Source of the DNA: Wolbachia endosymbiont of Cimex lectularius
Lineage (GTDB): Bacteria; Pseudomonadota; Alphaproteobacteria; Rickettsiales; Anaplasmataceae
NCBI RefSeq assembly: GCF_000829315.1
Contig: NZ_AP013028.1
Span: 420,001-452,000 of the forward strand
Direction: 5' to 3'
DNA: 32,000 nt
Shown here: in pieces, positions 27,104 through 32,000 of the stretch
How positions within the stretch are numbered: position 1 is the first letter of the stretch
Layout: each line of letters begins with the position of its first letter
Translations under genes and position numbers: made by a program
The notes under the pieces: generated by a model
The model's input: the letters and a program-made list of their open reading frames with translations, nothing else
Told to the model about the DNA's origin: nothing
Database searches by the model: none

Positions 27104-28747
27104 GCTCGAATACCTGACAAGACTGAGAAATAGCTGGTTTGACTATTGGAGTCAGAATGTTCAGCAGGCGAAACATCAGCGCAAATTCGTGATTATGGGG
27201 CAGCAATATACCGAGGATGAGAAGCGAGAGCTGCTCAATATTGGTGTAGAGCCTATGGTTTTTAATGTCACCTTTGCGATGGCTGAAAAGATTTTAAACA
27301 CTGTTCGCGGAAAAAGGTATGACTTGGAGCTTAAGGTCAATGGTGAGAGCCCTGACCCAGCAATTATGCAGACGATGCATAATTGTATCACTGATTTGAT
27401 CTTTAGTCAAGATCATTATGTGGAATATAGTAAAGCACTAAAAGAATCGATAATAGAAGGATATTCTGCACTTTATGTTAGTTTGGTTACAACAATGAAG
27501 ATATAGAAGACGATGAATTAACGTTTAAAATCAGGGCAATAAACGGTACTGAGAGCTTTTTTTTTGATCTACATAGTAATGAACCGCATAAGGGTGATGG
27601 ACGTTACTGTGGTATTATTCATCGCTTATATAAAACCAGCTTGGAAAAGATAGGCTATTCCCAAGCTAAAATTGCAAAATTAGAATTTAAGGATGAAGAT
27701 ACTGTTCCTTATATAGAAGTTACTGATCTATATTTAAAAAAAGATGATGGTATAACTTTTTATCGTTTTACTAACGAGGAAATTCTTGAAACTAAAAAAT
27801 TATATGGTCACAGATATTTGCCACTGGTATTTCATGGTGGCTGCTCTCATTATATTGATAATCGAGAGGTAACAAGACCACTGGGTGTAATGTGTCGTTA
27901 TGCACAGCTAGCCTATAACCATTGTATTACAATGATGAAGTATGGTGCTAAATACTGACAAAATCGCTTTTTAGTGCCACAAGCGAGCGTCAGCAATGAT
28001 AAAGCTCAACGTTATGCTGATCCTCGTGAACTATTATTAGAATTTGCACCGGTAGAAGGTATTCAACCTATTGTTATACCACCAACTGGTTCTGACCCAA
28101 ACCTTGCAATACTGATGCAGCAATCTCTGAGTTTGTTATCACAGATTTGGAATGATGCTACTGATGTTATCGATAAAAGTAAATATTCATCTGCTAAAGC
28201 TTTGGAGGGTAAGTTAAAGGCAAATGAAGGCAGCGTCACTTCTTATTATTTTGTTCACCAAATTACGCTTAATCAAGTAGGAAATGTCCTGCTTTCTCTA
28301 CTTCCTCACAAATTAGCGCAAGATGATGATACTCTAAAGATTTTAGATAATTTTAGTAGGCAAACAAACGTAAAAATTAAAATCAGTGAATCTTTAGAAA
28401 AACAACGTGAAAAAGATAATGAATTGATGCTAAGTATTATGCAATATCTTGGTGCGAGTGGTATCACTGATCAGCAAGTAAGTATCGAGCTTATAGTGGA
28501 AATGCTCTTAAATCAGGATACTGTAAACAGTAAGATTTTACGTGATAAAGTGCTGAATATTGGTCAGCAGCAGGCACAGCAACCGACAGATCAGGATATA
28601 AAACTGCTTGAGATTAAATCAAAAAAAAGAATTGCAGAGCTAAAAGCTGAGGTTGATCTGCTAGCTGAACAGTTAGCTGTTTTGCGGGAAGAAATGCGCA
28701 ATGCTCATGAAGAAAAAATGTTAAAGGAGAAGAGTAATGCAGCTTAA
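27096..28747 (+). pseudogene. Phage portal protein, P22-like, broken into three ORFs
   Basis: RNSWFDYWSQNVQQAKHQRKFVIMGQQYTEDEKRELLNIGVEPMVFNVTFAMAEKILNTVRG… is P22-portal-like; frameshift near 27486-27506, then in-frame TGA at 27956-27958 between YGAKY and QNRFLVPQASV. Confidence 0.7.
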
Positions 28748-29231
28748 AATAAGAAAATTTCCATGTCCAAGAAAATTAAAAGGTGTACTAGAAAATGTTT
28801 TAAGCGTTGATCTTGGTAAGAACGTTAGTTTTGCTTATGTGAAAGATAATATACTTTACTGTGGTAATTGTGTTTTAAATATAAAACAGTGGCGATTTAA
28901 TCAGTCCTCGATACATCAAATCAGTAGTGAATATAAAAAAATCATTGATGCCTTGTTGTGTGAAAATCAAGAGCTAGATTTGGTACTGCTTGAAGATAAT
29001 CAATATTACTTCAGGCAGAAGTATATGAAAGGTAATCACATGTCGTACTATAAGAAACTACAAATAATAGTAGAAGGGTTGTTTTGCAACCATTGGCCAG
29101 GTGAGGTTAAACGTTATTTTGGTGGTTCACTGAAAAAGAAATATTTTGGTACTGCTCGTAAAGAAATTGTTAAAGAACGTATAAAAAAATACTTGAGGCT
29201 AGGCTATGCGACCACACAACCGATGCCATAG
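28737..29231 (+). CDS. RuvC/RNase H-fold-like protein, possible phage resolvase
   Basis: 164 aa; LSVDLGKNVSFAYV… LVLLEDNQYY pattern suggests RuvC-type strands with acidic residues; weak assignment. Confidence 0.4.
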   Translation: MQLKIRKFPCPRKLKGVLENVLSVDLGKNVSFAYVKDNILYCGNCVLNIKQWRFNQSSIHQISSEYKKIIDALLCENQELDLVLLEDNQYYFRQKYMKGNHMSYYKKLQIIVEGLFCNHWPGEVKRYFGGSLKKKYFGTARKEIVKERIKKYLRLGYATTQPMP

Positions 29232-29265
29232 CCGGTTTATTTGATAGTTTAAGGAAGGGATAATA

Positions 29266-29781
29266 ATGCTTGGGGATTTTTTTGATTGGCTTTTTGGTAG
29301 TTCTAAAGCTAATCGCCAGTTTGAAGAAAATATTGACATACAAAAAGAATTGTACGGTCGATATAACAAATTCATGGATAGCCTTGGAGGGCTTGGAACA
29401 GGTGGTCCTGGAGGGTTTATCAATCAAATAGCATCGCAATATCAAGGTGGTTCTTATCAGCAATTTATTAGCAATCAAATGAATACGGCACTTGGCAATC
29501 AACTGCGGGCAAGTGGGCTTGGTCAATCAAGCTATGGTCTATCTAAGGTTGCAAGTTTAAACTCTGATCTTGCATCCAAAGGCTTGAATGACTTTATCAG
29601 TTCGTCTTTAGGTGGGATGCAAGGTCTCATCGGAGCACATGGTCTTGGTGCACAAATAGGACAAGGACTCGGTAGTGGCTACACTTCTTACGGAGGAGCT
29701 TTAAATAATCGTTTTATAGCTATAAACCAGATGTTAGCTGAGCTTGGTAAGGCTGCTGGTAAGGGTATGATAGGAATTTAA
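29266..29781 (+). CDS. Phage-associated Gly-rich protein (possible virion internal/DNA-transfer protein)
   Basis: 171 aa 'MLGDFFDWLFGSSKANRQFEENIDIQKELYGRYNKFMD…'; located after the portal region. Confidence 0.5.
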   Translation: MLGDFFDWLFGSSKANRQFEENIDIQKELYGRYNKFMDSLGGLGTGGPGGFINQIASQYQGGSYQQFISNQMNTALGNQLRASGLGQSSYGLSKVASLNSDLASKGLNDFISSSLGGMQGLIGAHGLGAQIGQGLGSGYTSYGGALNNRFIAINQMLAELGKAAGKGMIGI

Positions 29782-29792
29782 TTATAGAAAAA

Positions 29793-29816
29793 AGGCGCCA
29801 GTTAACACTGGCGCCT
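29793..29816. terminator. Strong hairpin aggcgccagt-taac-actggcgcct
   Basis: Perfect 10-bp stem with 4-nt loop 12 nt after the stop of 29266..29781; lacks a long U tract. Confidence 0.6.
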
Positions 29817-29911
29817 AACATAAAATTTTATAAAATTCATTACACTTTACATGAGGTAAGGTGACAACGATCTTTCACTATAGTGTAACTGAAAAAATTA
29901 TGAAAGTCAAG

Positions 29912-30226
29912 TTAAAGCCTTGATAGCAAATCTGCTAATCCTGCCCGCTTATAAATATCACCTCTTGGTCCTGCTGCAATGATAGATACTTTATACTTTG
30001 CTATATTTACACGATAGATAAGACGGTAACCACCAGCTTCCAATCTTCTATATCCTAATAACTTACCACATAATGGTTTACCAGCTTTAATTGGATCAAC
30101 TTTGAGTTCTGTTTCTATCGCTTTTTCAAAACTCTTTCTTACTTTTTCTGGTAAAGCTCGAAAATCTTTCTTACATTTCTTTAAGAATTCAATTTCATAT
30201 ACTTTACCCTTGTTTGAAATCTTCAT
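29912..30226 (-). CDS. RelE/ParE-superfamily toxin, TA module 2 (ORF track extends to 30283)
   Basis: MKISNKGKVYEIEFLKKCKKDFRALPEKVRKSFEKAIETELKVDPIKAGKPLCGKLLGYRRLEAGGYRLIYRVNIAKYKVSIIAAGPRGDIYKRA. Confidence 0.85.
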   Translation of the reverse strand: MKISNKGKVYEIEFLKKCKKDFRALPEKVRKSFEKAIETELKVDPIKAGKPLCGKLLGYRRLEAGGYRLIYRVNIAKYKVSIIAAGPRGDIYKRAGLADLLSRL

Positions 30227-30437
30227 ATTTAATCGTTTCCGCACCTGGAGTATCACGCTCCTTAATAACATCAGCCAGTGCAATTTCTTCTATCTTACAT
30301 TCAATCCCGTCTTCAATTAGCTGTTTTACAAGCTCTTGAACGGACTCCTTAGTCACTTCAGCTAGCCTAGTAAGCCGATGTGAAGTTTCTGGGTCAAAAG
30401 TTACACTAATTCCTGAATCTGCCATAAATTTTACCAA
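30204..30437 (-). CDS. Antitoxin of TA module 2 (likely start MADSG at 30425)
   Basis: ISVTFDPETSHRLTRLAEVTKESVQELVKQLIEDGIE…AETIKYEDFKQG; overlaps the toxin start. Confidence 0.75.
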   Translation of the reverse strand: MVKFMADSGISVTFDPETSHRLTRLAEVTKESVQELVKQLIEDGIECKIEEIALADVIKERDTPGAETIKYEDFKQG

Positions 30438-30514
30438 AGTCTACAACTATAACTAGTATACAACATTTTTCTGAATTTTTCAATAAATTAGTGTATGCTG
30501 AAACTAGTTTAAAG
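30429..30514. promoter_or_regulatory. TA leader repeat, copy A
   Basis: ~85 bp nearly identical to 31042-31128; contains actagt motifs near both ends; upstream of antitoxin 2. Confidence 0.6.
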
Positions 30515-30525
30515 AATAAGGGAAG

Positions 30526-30816
30526 TCAAACCGACTTTATTTTTTTCTTGTAAACATCCTTTCTATATTTTATTGAGACAACAGTCACTAGATATTGTAT
30601 AACATTTATTTGGTATACGACACGACACTTACCTACTTTTAATCTTCTATATCCTTTTAATCCATAACGTAATGCTTCACCACGGTTGGCAGGATCGGTT
30701 TTGAGACGTTCTGCTATAGCTTTTTTGATTGTTTCCCTTTCCTTTTTTGGGATCCTTGGTAAGTCCTTTTTATCAACACTTTCTAGGAATTTAATCTTGT
30801 ATTCCTTTGGTTCCAC
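30526..30816 (-). CDS. RelE/ParE-superfamily toxin, TA module 3
   Basis: MEPKEYKIKFLESVDKKDLPRIPKKERETIKKAIAERLKTDPANRGEALRYGLKGYRRLKVGKCRVVYQINVIQYLVTVVSIKYRKDVYKK. Confidence 0.88.
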   Translation of the reverse strand: MEPKEYKIKFLESVDKKDLPRIPKKERETIKKAIAERLKTDPANRGEALRYGLKGYRRLKVGKCRVVYQINVIQYLVTVVSIKYRKDVYKKKIKSV

Positions 30817-31050
30817 TTATTGGTCCCACTTGACATCTTCAAAATCAATTGTTTTTGCATCTGGAGTATGAAGTTTAGCAGCGCGCTCAATTAATATTCT
30901 ATCTTCCTCATTTTCAATCGCTTCTTCCATGAGCTTTTCTGCTAGTTCTTTAACAGATTTGTTTCTTATTTCAGCTAGACCAACAAGGCACTCTGAAATT
31001 TCATCACTAAAGGTTATACTAATTTTTGAATCTGCCATAAGTTTTACCAA
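30817..31050 (-). CDS. Antitoxin of TA module 3
   Basis: ADSKISITFSDEISECLVGLAEIRNKSVKELAEKLMEEAIENEEDRILIERAAK…DFEDVKWDQ; abuts the toxin. Confidence 0.8.
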   Translation of the reverse strand: MVKLMADSKISITFSDEISECLVGLAEIRNKSVKELAEKLMEEAIENEEDRILIERAAKLHTPDAKTIDFEDVKWDQ

Positions 31051-31128
31051 AGTCTACAACTATAACTAGTATACAACATTTTTCTGAATTTTTCAATAAA
31101 TTAGTGTATGCTAAAACTAGTTTAAAGG
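31042..31128. promoter_or_regulatory. TA leader repeat, copy B
   Basis: Near-identical to 30429-30514; lies between antitoxin 3 (minus) and terminase (plus). Confidence 0.6.
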
Positions 31129-31135
31129 ATGAAAA

Positions 31136-32000
31136 ATGCTATCTCAAAAGGACATTATTTTATGCCGTAAAGATTTTGGCTTCTTTGCCTTTCAAGGCAT
31201 GCTGCGGGTATTTAATATCAAATTAAATTTAAAAAGAGAAGACGGCAGTAAAAATTATTTATGGGTACTGTTTAATAGCATCAACCGATTGGTTTTTGAA
31301 AAAGCACATAATCAATGGTGGAATATGCCACCGCACTGTGCTAAGACAACATTGGGTTTTATATTTCATGTAGCGTTTGCTTTTGGTAATAACCCAAGGG
31401 CAAAATTTATGTATATCACGCATCAGAGGGATTTGATGCGTGAAAAAATAAACGAATTACATATGGTGCTTGAATCTCCATTTTATCGCCAAGTTTTTCC
31501 AAACGTAAAAGTAGTTGGTCGCAGAAGTACGCGAGTAATCAAAACGAAAGAAGATGGTTTTGTTAATGGCTTTTCAATATCAGGACATGTGACAGGTCCA
31601 TGGAGCTGGAGATAGTTCTTTTGATGTTGATGAGATTCGTAAATACGGTGGCTGTATTATCCTTGATGATTTACATGATGCGAGCTGTGCTTATAGCCGA
31701 GTATCCCTCGTTAACGCCTGTCAAAAATTTGAACAGTGTATAACTTCAAGGCGCAATACTTCCGATACACCATTTTTAGTAATTGGTCAAAGGATCAGTG
31801 TTTATGACATATTTTGCTATTTAGATAAAAAATCAGAGCGACAGTTTGAGAAGACCATAATACCTGCAGTACTGGAAAATGGAACAAGTATTGATGAAGA
31901 TAGATTGCCTCTGCAAGAGCTGAGGATCAAGGAAAAAGCAGAGCCTTATGTTTTTCAATCGTAATACATGCAAGATCCACTAGAGCCAAAATGGCGAATA
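31136..32000 (+). pseudogene. Phage terminase large subunit, frameshifted and with a nonsense codon (continues beyond window)
   Basis: WWNMPPHCAKTTLGFIFHVAFAFGNNPRAKFMYIT (Walker A region), then after a 1-nt shift near 31600 HGAGDSSFDVDEIRKYGGCIILDDLHDA (Walker B-like), then TAA at 31962-31964 within FQS-[*]-YMQDPLEPKW. Confidence 0.8.

Overview
This AT-rich window looks like a Wolbachia-type (Rickettsiales) chromosome. The call rests on a divergent VirB4 locus, short repeats read through in frame inside genes, many IS5-family copies and prophage debris. About 1-20 kb is mostly chromosomal: a T4SS-linked cluster with a VirB4 paralog whose Walker A lysine is replaced by arginine and a 990-aa secreted Cys/Gly-rich protein, then pdhC, argD-like, a CNNM/HlyC-CorC family protein, a GapR/DUF2312 protein, ubiX, folD, a NodB-like deacetylase and an MFS transporter. 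About 20-32 kb is a degraded prophage region: an IS-split tail-fibre/collar-like gene, P22-type portal fragments, a RuvC-like ORF, a terminase large-subunit pseudogene and three RelBE/ParDE-like toxin-antitoxin pairs. One 861-bp IS5-family element occurs five times. It is truncated at 10.2 kb, intact in length at 19.9, 23.0 and 26.0 kb, and partial at 25.25 kb. The last two copies form a ~750-bp-arm palindrome. The most interesting signals are: (1) a palindromic repeat translated in the same frame (xQCxTLGS) in two unrelated proteins; (2) an 824-codon phage gene that reassembles in frame once the IS and one TSD are removed; (3) the altered VirB4 and its partner cluster; (4) a shared A9 frameshift in four of five IS copies; (5) a GapR-like gene whose natural start appears to be ATA; (6) a 207-bp nested inverted-repeat element; (7) duplicated leaders of the TA modules. 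No CRISPR array, rRNA or tRNA was recognised.
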